From: a virus | Virus record (IMG/VR): IMGVR_UViG_3300025849_000022 | Coordinates: 1 to 64,000 of that record | DNA: 64,000 nt | Reading direction: 5' to 3' (one strand) | In this document: positions 26,073-34,929 of the stretch, piece by piece | Numbering within the stretch: the first letter of the stretch is position 1 | How the letters are laid out: each line of letters starts with the position of its first letter | Notes under the pieces: model-generated | The model's database searches: none | Seen by the model: the letters and a program-made list of their open reading frames with translations, nothing else | Told to the model about the DNA's origin: nothing | Program-made: the position numbers and the translations under genes

Positions 26073-26816
26073 TTAACTCTTAGCAGGTAATATATATTTG
26101 TATTCGCCTAAGCCACTGTCAATCACAATTTGCATTGCTCCTGCGTTAGCAAAACTAACAGTACAATTTGCACTATCGCTTAGTCTTAGAATACTTAATG
26201 TTTTGTCTATTTCCCATTTCCAGTTGCCAGACAGTTCGCCTTCAACATTATTATTAATAGGAAGTTTACCTTTATCACCGGCACCTTCACCAATGCTAAA
26301 ATATAAAGCACCATCTTCTGTACTTGGAGAAAACACTGGTTCAAAGCCACCTAACACACCATTGAAGTAACCTAAGTCTTTTAAGTTCTTCTGTGACGGT
26401 GTAATAGTAACGTCCCATGGTATCTCTTTCATTGTAACAGATTTTAGTTGCTGATTAATAACATCTGCTAACATAAATCTATAACTACCTGTGTGTCCTT
26501 CTGCACTTGTGAAACTAATCTGTACAGGAATATCGTCTCCATTCCTGCTTTGTGTTTCTACATTTACAGTAGAACCTTCATCTACAAATCCTGGAAACTT
26601 TAAGTATCCATCTAGTACACTCATTCTACTAAGACCTACTGTTTGGTCTACAAAGTCTGCTACAGGATTGTGTAGTTTACCTTGCAGGATAACAGTTTTG
26701 TCTGCATCCATGGCCTCTATAGTTGTACTTTCAGCAGTACCACTAATTTTAACCTGTTCAATAAAGCCTAAGGCGTGGGTGTGCCTTAGAATGTCTTTAA
26801 ATATATCTTTTATCAT
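26073..26816 (-). CDS. probable DNA sliding clamp
   Basis: 247 aa, clamp-like strand/helix pattern ending YKYILPA; directly downstream of polymerase. Confidence 0.6.
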   Translation of the reverse strand: MIKDIFKDILRHTHALGFIEQVKISGTAESTTIEAMDADKTVILQGKLHNPVADFVDQTVGLSRMSVLDGYLKFPGFVDEGSTVNVETQSRNGDDIPVQISFTSAEGHTGSYRFMLADVINQQLKSVTMKEIPWDVTITPSQKNLKDLGYFNGVLGGFEPVFSPSTEDGALYFSIGEGAGDKGKLPINNNVEGELSGNWKWEIDKTLSILRLSDSANCTVSFANAGAMQIVIDSGLGEYKYILPAKS

Positions 26817-26906
26817 ATGTTGTCACCTCTTACATTAAAGTTATTATTTAGGCCTTTACACCTAAAAAGTTTATAAATCCTGGCCGTTTGATACCTAACG
26901 ACCAAG

Positions 26907-29612
26907 TTAATCATTAAAATTAAATAAACTATGGAATGTATTGCTGGTATCTGTTGCTGACAAATCCCATTTAAGTACATTCAATAAGTTTTCTACTTTC
27001 TTATCAACAACTGCTTCTTCCATTGAATCTTCATCAAAGGGTAGTTGTTTAAACCATTCTGGTATATGCATTTCATCTGTTGGATATGCAATACTAGTAT
27101 ATCCCATGGCATTACTTTTAAGCCTGCATACAATAACTTTCATACCATCTGTTATTTGCATACTGTATTGATCGCTATTTGCTTTTAGCATATTATTCCA
27201 ATTAATACTTGCTCTAACATGCCCGGGGATCATTATTTTCTTTTCGTCTTTGAGTTTTTCTAACTTGTATAAACTAGCACTTTTGTTCATACTAAATGCT
27301 TTATTATATGCTTCTGTGTAGTATGTTAAGTTGTTTACACGTTTTGGCATACCTTTACGCCAAGGGTCCATTGCTTTAAACTCTTTCTTAAACTCTCTAA
27401 CATTTGCTAAAACCTTTGTTTCACCATCGCCATTTAGTGTTTGCCCTAATATGTCTGATAAAAAGTCTTGCACAAACTCTGGAGTATCTGACCTCTTAAG
27501 GTCTAACCCCATTACTTTGAGTTTACCACCTTCGGGTTGATACCCTTCTAAATCTAATACATTAATAGCATATCTTTTCTTTGTAATAAAGATGCCGGCT
27601 CTACCAACTACTTCTCTGCCGGCTTTAAGTATATTACCTTGGCTAGTTGAAATGTTAAATGAATTTTTTGCAAATAAAGGGAAAGAATCACTAACGGTAT
27701 CTGATATAGTATCATATAATTTAATTGCACTATCCATGTCTAATTCAATGTCTTGCTTTTTACTAATCTCATGAGCACTAAAATACACTGAGTCAGTATC
27801 ACCATATACTATTGTATCTCCAGTATGATCATACTCGCCTGTGAGCATTTTGTTTGTCTCTGCTCCCATGTGTCTAGTGATTGCACGACCAGTAAGTGTA
27901 GTACTTTGACCTATCCTGTGGTCAAAGAACCTACTACCTGGATTACAAATAGCACCATATGTACTGTTAAGTAGAATCTTTCTGACTAACTGTCGCTTAT
28001 CCCAAAATGCTATGTCTTCTGGCGTTGTTGCTTTTTTCTTTTTAGCCTGTAACTCTTGTCTTTCTGCATACCATCTCTCCAATAGTCCTGGTATAATACC
28101 TTGTACATCTGTTCTGTATATAGTACCATTTGCACTAATGCACCAAGGCTCATCACTGTTAAACAGCATGTTATATACATCAGCACCTTTGACACTAACT
28201 TCTCTTTTATCTTCTAAATCTAATATAAGTGGCTTATCAATATCTTTAGCCATTACCATTTCATATTCATTTGTACCGAACTTACCTGCCCAGGCATCTG
28301 CAAATGACTTCTTCTCAATTTGCATTTTTTCTGTAATTTCTTTGTCTGTGTACTCTTGTCTTAGTTGCCCAACAATAGTTTCAGGAGCCATATTCAATGC
28401 TCTAATAACACTTGGATACAGACTGTTTATATCCATTGATCCTACCCATTCATGCATACCTTTCTTAGGAAATGCCACATAGGCACCTGCAACTGTATTC
28501 CCCCATGGATTCTCAGAATCTTTGTTTCGCTTTCTATCTGGTATAACCATACCGCGTCTGTGTGCTTCATTGATAATAGCAGAGTCAATTGTTTGTACCG
28601 CTCCCATTGTTACTGGAAGTAATACTGTATTCTGATGAGCAATCTCACTAGCAAGACTAATAAATTGTAACTTGTCGTCTAACTTTTTAAGTAGCATTGT
28701 GTCTTGAATATTGTATTCTAAAAACAATTCAAAGTCATGATTGTAAAGTCTATCAAGCGAACCATCATATACAACCTTCTTTTCACCTACTTCCATTTCG
28801 CCAATGTAGTCTAGTCTATAACTATGGCGTTCTTCGTAGTTGTATTTTCTATACAGTTGCATATAGTCTAAATGCACACGACCTACTAGATCATATGTTT
28901 GTGTTTCTCTACCGTGATTGATGTATTCTCTTTTAACAATATTCTTATCAAGTAAACACAGACGCCTTGTTTCGCTTTTACCTAGTACTTTGATAATTCT
29001 GTTTACGGTATAAGGAATATCATAACCTTCACTGTTCCAACCACTTAGTATATCAGCATCATCAATGAGGCTAAGGAAAGCATCTAACATTGCTTTCTCG
29101 CCACCAAATAGTATTGTATCGCCTACATTATCTGCAATCTTTTGTGCTTGTTCCCAATTAAGTGTTTTAGGTGGAACTGCTAAACATACTATTTTATCCA
29201 TCCAGTCTAAGTAAACACTGATACTAGTGATAGGCATAAATGCATCTTCAGGAGAACTATAACCTCTTTCAGGGTCAAAGTCTACCTCAATATCAAAAAA
29301 GCATTTGTGTAAGTCTGGTGCATCAACACCCAAGTAATGATCTGCTAATACTCTATTAACAGGCTTTAGGTCGCTTTCGTATGTTTGTTTGTTTTGATAT
29401 AGTGCTACATTGCGTTTAAAGTCTTTCCAGTTGTTTGCTGTAATCTTGCTAACTGGGTCACCGAATACACTATGCTGTTTGCCTTTTGGATCATCTACAT
29501 AAAAGTAGTACCGCATAGGGTGATCAATGATCTTACGTTCGCCTTCTTTTGTTCGCTCGACTACTCTTACTATGCCTTTGTTCTGTTCAAAAACTGCGTC
29601 AACGTAACTCAT
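26907..29612 (-). CDS. family B DNA polymerase
   Basis: ExoI FDIE, ExoII NSEGYD, ExoIII YNIQD, DINSLYPS, KILLNSTYG, YGDTDS. Confidence 0.97.
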   Translation of the reverse strand: MSYVDAVFEQNKGIVRVVERTKEGERKIIDHPMRYYFYVDDPKGKQHSVFGDPVSKITANNWKDFKRNVALYQNKQTYESDLKPVNRVLADHYLGVDAPDLHKCFFDIEVDFDPERGYSSPEDAFMPITSISVYLDWMDKIVCLAVPPKTLNWEQAQKIADNVGDTILFGGEKAMLDAFLSLIDDADILSGWNSEGYDIPYTVNRIIKVLGKSETRRLCLLDKNIVKREYINHGRETQTYDLVGRVHLDYMQLYRKYNYEERHSYRLDYIGEMEVGEKKVVYDGSLDRLYNHDFELFLEYNIQDTMLLKKLDDKLQFISLASEIAHQNTVLLPVTMGAVQTIDSAIINEAHRRGMVIPDRKRNKDSENPWGNTVAGAYVAFPKKGMHEWVGSMDINSLYPSVIRALNMAPETIVGQLRQEYTDKEITEKMQIEKKSFADAWAGKFGTNEYEMVMAKDIDKPLILDLEDKREVSVKGADVYNMLFNSDEPWCISANGTIYRTDVQGIIPGLLERWYAERQELQAKKKKATTPEDIAFWDKRQLVRKILLNSTYGAICNPGSRFFDHRIGQSTTLTGRAITRHMGAETNKMLTGEYDHTGDTIVYGDTDSVYFSAHEISKKQDIELDMDSAIKLYDTISDTVSDSFPLFAKNSFNISTSQGNILKAGREVVGRAGIFITKKRYAINVLDLEGYQPEGGKLKVMGLDLKRSDTPEFVQDFLSDILGQTLNGDGETKVLANVREFKKEFKAMDPWRKGMPKRVNNLTYYTEAYNKAFSMNKSASLYKLEKLKDEKKIMIPGHVRASINWNNMLKANSDQYSMQITDGMKVIVCRLKSNAMGYTSIAYPTDEMHIPEWFKQLPFDEDSMEEAVVDKKVENLLNVLKWDLSATDTSNTFHSLFNFND

Positions 29613-29859
29613 TTAATTTGTCCGAATATTTTAACATAAATTTATATTTGCTTGCCTCTGTTATAAACTTTGCATATACTTTTGCAACTGGTTTATAACT
29701 GCTTTCAAAGTCTACTTCTTTAGAAAAGGTTGCTTCTTCACCAAATGCAAAGAAAGGAATCATTGTGTCATGCAACCTATCTTCAAAGATGTGCTCATAG
29801 TCAGCATCATCTGTCCATTGCATGTCAAATAAATATACCTTTTCTATAGTCAGACTCAT
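29599..29859 (-). CDS. hypothetical protein (predicted leaderless)
   Basis: TTGACA-N16-TATACT-N6-ATG. Confidence 0.6.
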   Translation of the reverse strand: MSLTIEKVYLFDMQWTDDADYEHIFEDRLHDTMIPFFAFGEEATFSKEVDFESSYKPVAKVYAKFITEASKYKFMLKYSDKLNELR

Positions 29860-29919
29860 ATTAGTAGTATAACAGATAGAACTATATTGTCAACCTGTTT
29901 TTAGTTTATTGGTCCTGTT

Positions 29920-30186
29920 TTATAAGTGGTCTTTACCAACTGCGGCTAGAATAGTTTCTAGTGCATCAAACTTATCTGTTTCATCGGTAAATGATGCCTT
30001 ATGAGCAACTTTAACTGCTTTCATAAGGACTGCTGGTTTAATATCCATTTCTTCTGCTATTGCCTTAACGGTTTCTCTTAAACCAACTTGGAGTGATTCT
30101 ACTTCATAAAGGACTTGGTCTCCTTCCTGAACTAGTTTTTTAAGTCTTGCGACTTCTTCTTGATTGAATGTTTTGTTGAACGCCAT
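29920..30186 (-). CDS. DsbA/GapR-like dsDNA-binding protein
   Basis: 88 aa helical; L.ETVKAIAEEMDIKPAVL.KA.K.AHK pattern; promoter 30223-30251. Confidence 0.6.
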   Translation of the reverse strand: MAFNKTFNQEEVARLKKLVQEGDQVLYEVESLQVGLRETVKAIAEEMDIKPAVLMKAVKVAHKASFTDETDKFDALETILAAVGKDHL

Positions 30187-30222
30187 ATAAATCCTGTGTG
30201 TATGTTAATAATTATCTAAAGT

Positions 30223-30251
30223 ATTATACTAGAAATAAGTAATGTGGTCAA
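30223..30251 (-). promoter_or_regulatory. sigma70-type early promoter
   Basis: TTGACC-N17-TATAAT. Confidence 0.8.
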
Positions 30252-30254
30252 GTA

Positions 30255-30560
30255 CTAATATTCAGTACTGGCCTCAAAGTCCCAATCAGGTACATCTAAT
30301 TCCTCTGCAAGAATTTTCGCAATCTGCGTACCTTCTTCTGCACTAATGTCATCTTGTGTTAATACCTCATATACTTGAACATCATCTGATTCGTAATGTA
30401 CAACTTCTGCTTTTACTTTGTTGCCACTGCCATCAAATGATGAAAATACTTTGGTTGGAACAACACTTTGTACTATGTCAAAGAAGTCTACAATATCATC
30501 ACGTGATATTTCATCCTCTACGACTATTCTTACAAAGTGTTTTCTTACCTTATCTACCAT
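30255..30560 (-). CDS. acidic hypothetical protein
   Basis: 101 aa ORF. Confidence 0.65.
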   Translation of the reverse strand: MVDKVRKHFVRIVVEDEISRDDIVDFFDIVQSVVPTKVFSSFDGSGNKVKAEVVHYESDDVQVYEVLTQDDISAEEGTQIAKILAEELDVPDWDFEASTEY

Positions 30561-30565
30561 AGTAA

Positions 30566-30892
30566 TTACTTACCTTTACTAAATGCTTGAGCACCAAAGA
30601 AGGCGGCAACAATACCTGCTACTGCTACAAAGTATGTAGCGGCCATATCGCCTAGTATCTCACTTGCTTGATTTAGTCCAGCCAATACTGCAATTACTAC
30701 AGCAAATGGATATAAAAGCATACCACTTAGTGCGAACCAAGCCATGCTACGTTGAGCATCTCTCATTGCATCTAAATCTTCCAGTTCTTTTCTTTTGAAC
30801 TCTAGGAACATTTGCTCTTCTTGTTTTGAAACCTTTCCATCTCCATTTGTATCAGCCGGATGATGTATTGCTGTATTACTTTCGTCTGCCAT
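30566..30892 (-). CDS. EF-hand + two-TM membrane protein (holin-like?)
   Basis: DTNGDGKVSKQE canonical EF loop, two hydrophobic helices, basic C-terminus. Confidence 0.6.
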   Translation of the reverse strand: MADESNTAIHHPADTNGDGKVSKQEEQMFLEFKRKELEDLDAMRDAQRSMAWFALSGMLLYPFAVVIAVLAGLNQASEILGDMAATYFVAVAGIVAAFFGAQAFSKGK

Positions 30893-30905
30893 TTATGTTC
30901 TCCTA

Positions 30906-32018
30906 CTAACTTATGACTGCTCTGTCTGTTACTCTTCTCCAGTTAGTGCCATCACTAAATGCCATTACTGGACCCCCTGTGTCATTGGTTACATAAATCA
31001 TATGCCCAATGTATGCAGATGCATCAGGTACTGATAAAACTGCATATCGTGGAAACTCAACTGGTCCTCCACTTGTTTCAACTACGCCATAGTCACTGTT
31101 GACCAGTGCAACTACTGAATCTGTTAAATTACCATAGTCTAAACTGTCTGTTGCTGAGGCTGTAATTGCACCGTAATCACTTACGGTTTCAAATAAAATT
31201 GATGAAACAGTACCACCTACTGATAGTTTTGCTTCTGCTTCATTATATGTAAATGCAGTTGAACCACCTAATGAACCACTGTCATTATATTGTACATTTG
31301 TATTACTACCTGCTGGGGTGGCATCTACATTTGCAAAACTTACTGTACCACTACCATCTGTTGTTAATACTTGGTTAGCACTACCATCTGCTGTTGGCAT
31401 TGTGTAAACACCATTAACAATTAATGTATTTGCTTTAACAACATTAGGTGCACCGTTTGGTGCTATACTTCCTGTTACATTACCACTTAGGTTACCAACA
31501 AAAGCACCAGCACTAAATGTTTGACCATTAACTGTCCATTCGCCTTCTTCTTCGTCCCAACGAATGTAAACGTTACTTTCGTTACCACGATTAATTAATA
31601 TTCCTGCGTTAGCAGTTGCGGGTTGGTTTGAAGGAAGGTCGCTGTTTAAAACTATTTCATTGTCAGCAATATTGAGAGTCTCGGTATTGATTATAGATTG
31701 TGTACCGTTTACAATTAAATTACCTGTTATGGTAACATCATTTGCAAAGGTATTATCTGTATCAACTCTGGCAAAACTTGTACTATTAATAGTATCTAAT
31801 GTGTCTGCATCACCTACAGTGAGTTTGCTCCATGCTACACTACCGTCTGAAACGGTTGCTATTTTAAGTAATGTATTACTAGAATCGAACCAAAGATCAC
31901 CTGTCGAGATATGATTGACGTCACTGGGTGCGTCAGATGTCCCGTATATTCTAGAACCGCGTTTTCCGATTCTAAAACTGCTTTGCGAGGTACCTTTGGC
32001 ATTCATTATGATTGCCAT
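30906..32018 (-). CDS. virion structural/fibre protein
   Basis: Gly/Ser/Thr-rich beta repeats, ADGSANQVLTTDGSG, C-terminal AFSDGTNWRR. Confidence 0.7.
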   Translation of the reverse strand: MAIIMNAKGTSQSSFRIGKRGSRIYGTSDAPSDVNHISTGDLWFDSSNTLLKIATVSDGSVAWSKLTVGDADTLDTINSTSFARVDTDNTFANDVTITGNLIVNGTQSIINTETLNIADNEIVLNSDLPSNQPATANAGILINRGNESNVYIRWDEEEGEWTVNGQTFSAGAFVGNLSGNVTGSIAPNGAPNVVKANTLIVNGVYTMPTADGSANQVLTTDGSGTVSFANVDATPAGSNTNVQYNDSGSLGGSTAFTYNEAEAKLSVGGTVSSILFETVSDYGAITASATDSLDYGNLTDSVVALVNSDYGVVETSGGPVEFPRYAVLSVPDASAYIGHMIYVTNDTGGPVMAFSDGTNWRRVTDRAVIS

Positions 32019-32046
32019 TCGTTACTGCTCTCCAATATGTACTTGT

Positions 32047-32096
32047 CTAGCATTCTGCTAGTCTACATGTAAACATGTAGTCAAATCCTATTAGGA
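32047..32096 (-). promoter_or_regulatory. structured 5' leader with three tandem hairpins
   Basis: UCCU-AAU-AGGA; CUACAUG-UUUA-CAUGUAG; CUAGCA-GAA-UGCUAG. Confidence 0.55.
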
Positions 32097-32103
32097 CTTA
32101 ACT

Positions 32104-32126
32104 ATATTTATCTTTTTTATAAATAT
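32104..32126. promoter_or_regulatory. back-to-back divergent late promoters
   Basis: GATAAATA on minus strand and TATAAATA on plus strand. Confidence 0.65.
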
Positions 32127-32130
32127 ATGT

Positions 32131-32799
32131 ATGAGTACAGAATATACTAAATGGACTGTAGATAGGATACTTGATACAGCACCAATAGAAACAGACAAAC
32201 TACATGTAATGGATGTTGATAACTTTATGCATCCAGATTTGTACGCACAGGTACAAAATTGCATACCATGGAATAATTGGCAAAACGAAGAATTACCAGG
32301 CAGACACGGCTATCATATTAGTCCAGATGAATCGCAAGAAGCATTACAAATAGCCACAGAATATGTATATAATAACCAAGAGGTTTTAGATGCAATAGGT
32401 AATGTTATGAATATGTCAAGTAATGTAAACATTAATCAACCTTTTATGTGGATGGACACAAACAAAAATTCTGTTCATGATGTGCATGTAGACCACCCTT
32501 CCTATTATTATACAGTTCAGCATTCATTAGCAGACAACGATGAATTTGCACATACTGGTACAATGTTTTGGGAGGTTGATTGTGCGTATGATCGGGCAAT
32601 CGATGAAGGATTAGATCCTACCTTTGGAGAGGATAGTAAATTAGTACGAATGGGGCACCAAATGCCTTACATACCTAATAGGGCATACATATTACCAAGA
32701 AGCAGTAAAGGTTGGCATAGTTGTCCGGACCTAACAGTAGAGCCAGATACTATGCAAAGGGTTATGGTTTATTTAATTGCTACTCTTAGGAAAACTTAA
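32131..32799 (+). CDS. 2OG-Fe(II) oxygenase-like protein
   Basis: HVD, GT.F, PNRAY...WHS...R pattern; predicted leaderless. Confidence 0.65.
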   Translation: MSTEYTKWTVDRILDTAPIETDKLHVMDVDNFMHPDLYAQVQNCIPWNNWQNEELPGRHGYHISPDESQEALQIATEYVYNNQEVLDAIGNVMNMSSNVNINQPFMWMDTNKNSVHDVHVDHPSYYYTVQHSLADNDEFAHTGTMFWEVDCAYDRAIDEGLDPTFGEDSKLVRMGHQMPYIPNRAYILPRSSKGWHSCPDLTVEPDTMQRVMVYLIATLRKT

Positions 32800-33529
32800 C
32801 TCTATTCAAGTAAGTTTCTTTACCACGTGACATCTTGCCTTGTGTATGATCTTTAACATACCCTGTAAGTGATACAATATCGCCTACCTCAGGACCGTTA
32901 GTAGATGAAAAGAATTTTACAATATTGTGATCACCTTCTTTGGCAACATACAAGTAACTGTTACTTCTCCATATAAATTTCTTGTGAAGTATTTCAAGAT
33001 TAAATGTTTCACGATCATGTAACGTTCCAACATACCGACTGTGTTGTGCAAGTTCTTTTTCCATTTTATTAAATGCACGTTGTTTCTGCCCATTTTCATA
33101 AACACTAGGCAAACTAGCAATAATACCAATATCTTTATATTGCACAAACTCTTTGTTAATAAGACCAAGTATGGTTCTTTCAAAGTCACTGATATCTCTT
33201 TTAATTGCTTTAAGACTTAGACCTTTGAAGTATTTAATCATGTGAGCAACATTGTCACTATCAGAATCAATAACTTCGACATCTTTATAATATTTAGATA
33301 AAGTGCTTTTAATACTATTTGTTTTAAATTTCTCAATACCTAGATGGTTATTGATTATAAAAAGGTTAGGCAATTTCTTTTGATAACCATTTTCATCTTC
33401 TTCGATGTTGGCATCCTTTTTGATGTAACCACCATTTACTCTGTTTACTGCTACTGACAATGAAAGAAGATCAGTAAGACTATACTGATCCTCAAACCAT
33501 TTACCTGTTTTTGCTTTTTGTATATTCAT
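32786..33529 (-). CDS. early protein with C-terminal OB-fold
   Basis: SRYVG...VGDIVSLTGYVKDH...ETYLNRVK. Confidence 0.6.
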   Translation of the reverse strand: MNIQKAKTGKWFEDQYSLTDLLSLSVAVNRVNGGYIKKDANIEEDENGYQKKLPNLFIINNHLGIEKFKTNSIKSTLSKYYKDVEVIDSDSDNVAHMIKYFKGLSLKAIKRDISDFERTILGLINKEFVQYKDIGIIASLPSVYENGQKQRAFNKMEKELAQHSRYVGTLHDRETFNLEILHKKFIWRSNSYLYVAKEGDHNIVKFFSSTNGPEVGDIVSLTGYVKDHTQGKMSRGKETYLNRVKFS

Positions 33530-33786
33530 TAAGCGGCCTCTATCATTGAAAGTGGAACACTATATGAACGACCTCGCATATCTACAATGGCCTTCTTAAC
33601 ATTCACTTTGGTAATAATACCAGGTGTGCGTTTTGTTTTTTGAACAACAAATACATTGTCACCAACACTTAGACTTGCTTTAGCATTAAGTGTTTTAACA
33701 GAATTAGTAAATGCAGATAACTCGTTAAGTTCTGATAAACTAAAGTTACTGTTTTTAATTGCTTGTTTAATTTCTAAAAGTTCCAT
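33529..33786 (-). CDS. small SH3/KOW-like protein
   Basis: LSVGDNV...GIITKVNVKKAIV. Confidence 0.6.
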   Translation of the reverse strand: MELLEIKQAIKNSNFSLSELNELSAFTNSVKTLNAKASLSVGDNVFVVQKTKRTPGIITKVNVKKAIVDMRGRSYSVPLSMIEAA

Positions 33787-34163
33787 TATACGTTCCTCAC
33801 TATGTTTGCATTACTATAATCTAAGATGTTACCTTTCTCATCTCTACCAGGAGATGTTGTAGCATGTAAAATGCTATCAAACTCTCTAATATCAATACCA
33901 GTTCTATTAAGAACACTATCAATAACTCTATCTCTCATCACCTTAAGATGAGGAACATTAACACTTACAGGATACTCAGAACCTTCTGGGTGGTCAATGT
34001 TTTCTTCATGTCCATACCACATTTCTTCTAACGAAGTAAGTTGTATATTTACAGATTTGCCATCATCTTCGTTGGCATTGTAGCAAGTAAAAGAACCAAT
34101 ATGATATCCAGGTATGGAAACAATTTTGTCCTTGCTTTGATTTTTTGTATTTAAGTTTTGCAT
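33786..34163 (-). CDS. hypothetical early protein
   Basis: GGTAGGAGG RBS, promoter 34204-34232. Confidence 0.65.
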   Translation of the reverse strand: MQNLNTKNQSKDKIVSIPGYHIGSFTCYNANEDDGKSVNIQLTSLEEMWYGHEENIDHPEGSEYPVSVNVPHLKVMRDRVIDSVLNRTGIDIREFDSILHATTSPGRDEKGNILDYSNANIVRNV

Positions 34164-34203
34164 TAAGACCTCCTACCGTCTGTGTTTGCTAAATTATGTA
34201 TAT

Positions 34204-34232
34204 ATTATAGCAAATTATAGGGTCGAGGTCAA
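34204..34232 (-). promoter_or_regulatory. sigma70-type early promoter
   Basis: TTGACC-N17-TATAAT. Confidence 0.8.
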
Positions 34233-34825
34233 CCTTTTTGCACAATTAAATTGTATATTTCTTCCCAATTTTTGCACACATTTGCAGGACCATCGTAGTG
34301 CATATTGTGTCCATGCTCAACTAAGATACCTTTTAGACCGGCATCAATACCCCAATCTACGTTCTGTGGTTTGTCTTCTATCCAGTATGCTCCTGGATAT
34401 TTTTTACCAAACTCTAACAATATTTCGTCTTTGTCTGCGCCTGTGTCTAAACAAATAACTTCTTTAAAACAGTCATCACCAAACAGTTTATTTAAGTTCT
34501 TAGTTCTAAGTTCTTGTGCGTAAGGGTCTAAACTCAAACTTGTAATTGCTACAAATTGATATTGATGTTGCTCGTGTAACTTCTTAACAAAGTATTGAGC
34601 ATCACGAAGTGGAGGAAGGAATCCTATTGCCGCACTTTCATTAAAGTTTTTAATTACTTGATCACCAGTAGAGTCGTTTCTTAGATCAAACTTTTCTCTA
34701 ATGCTGTAATGTAACCTGTGATTTTCTACTGGAAAGTGTCCTCTGTGTTCCATCCAATTATGGAATGCAAACTCCCAGTCCAATACTACGCCATCGCAAT
34801 CTGTTAATATAATTTTATTTTTCAT
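34229..34825 (-). CDS. HAD-family 5'(3')-deoxyribonucleotidase-like
   Basis: ILTDCDGVV, ITS, K, WIEDK; predicted leaderless from TTGACA-N17-TATAAT at 34832-34860. Confidence 0.8.
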   Translation of the reverse strand: MKNKIILTDCDGVVLDWEFAFHNWMEHRGHFPVENHRLHYSIREKFDLRNDSTGDQVIKNFNESAAIGFLPPLRDAQYFVKKLHEQHQYQFVAITSLSLDPYAQELRTKNLNKLFGDDCFKEVICLDTGADKDEILLEFGKKYPGAYWIEDKPQNVDWGIDAGLKGILVEHGHNMHYDGPANVCKNWEEIYNLIVQKG

Positions 34826-34863
34826 ACATGTATTATACATTCTTTTATCCTCTGTGTCAAGTC

Positions 34864-34892
34864 AAAAGAAAAGCGACCGAAGTCGCTTTTCT
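34864..34892 (-). terminator. intrinsic terminator of the virion operon
   Basis: AGAAAAGCGAC-UUCG-GUCGCUUUUCU-UUU. Confidence 0.9.
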
Positions 34893-34929
34893 AAGTTGTT
34901 TTTGATTAGCCTAAACTATTCAAATGATA

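Noticed and set aside
26907-29612. Intein, intron or split in the polymerase
   Set aside because: Continuous 901-aa ORF with normally spaced motifs
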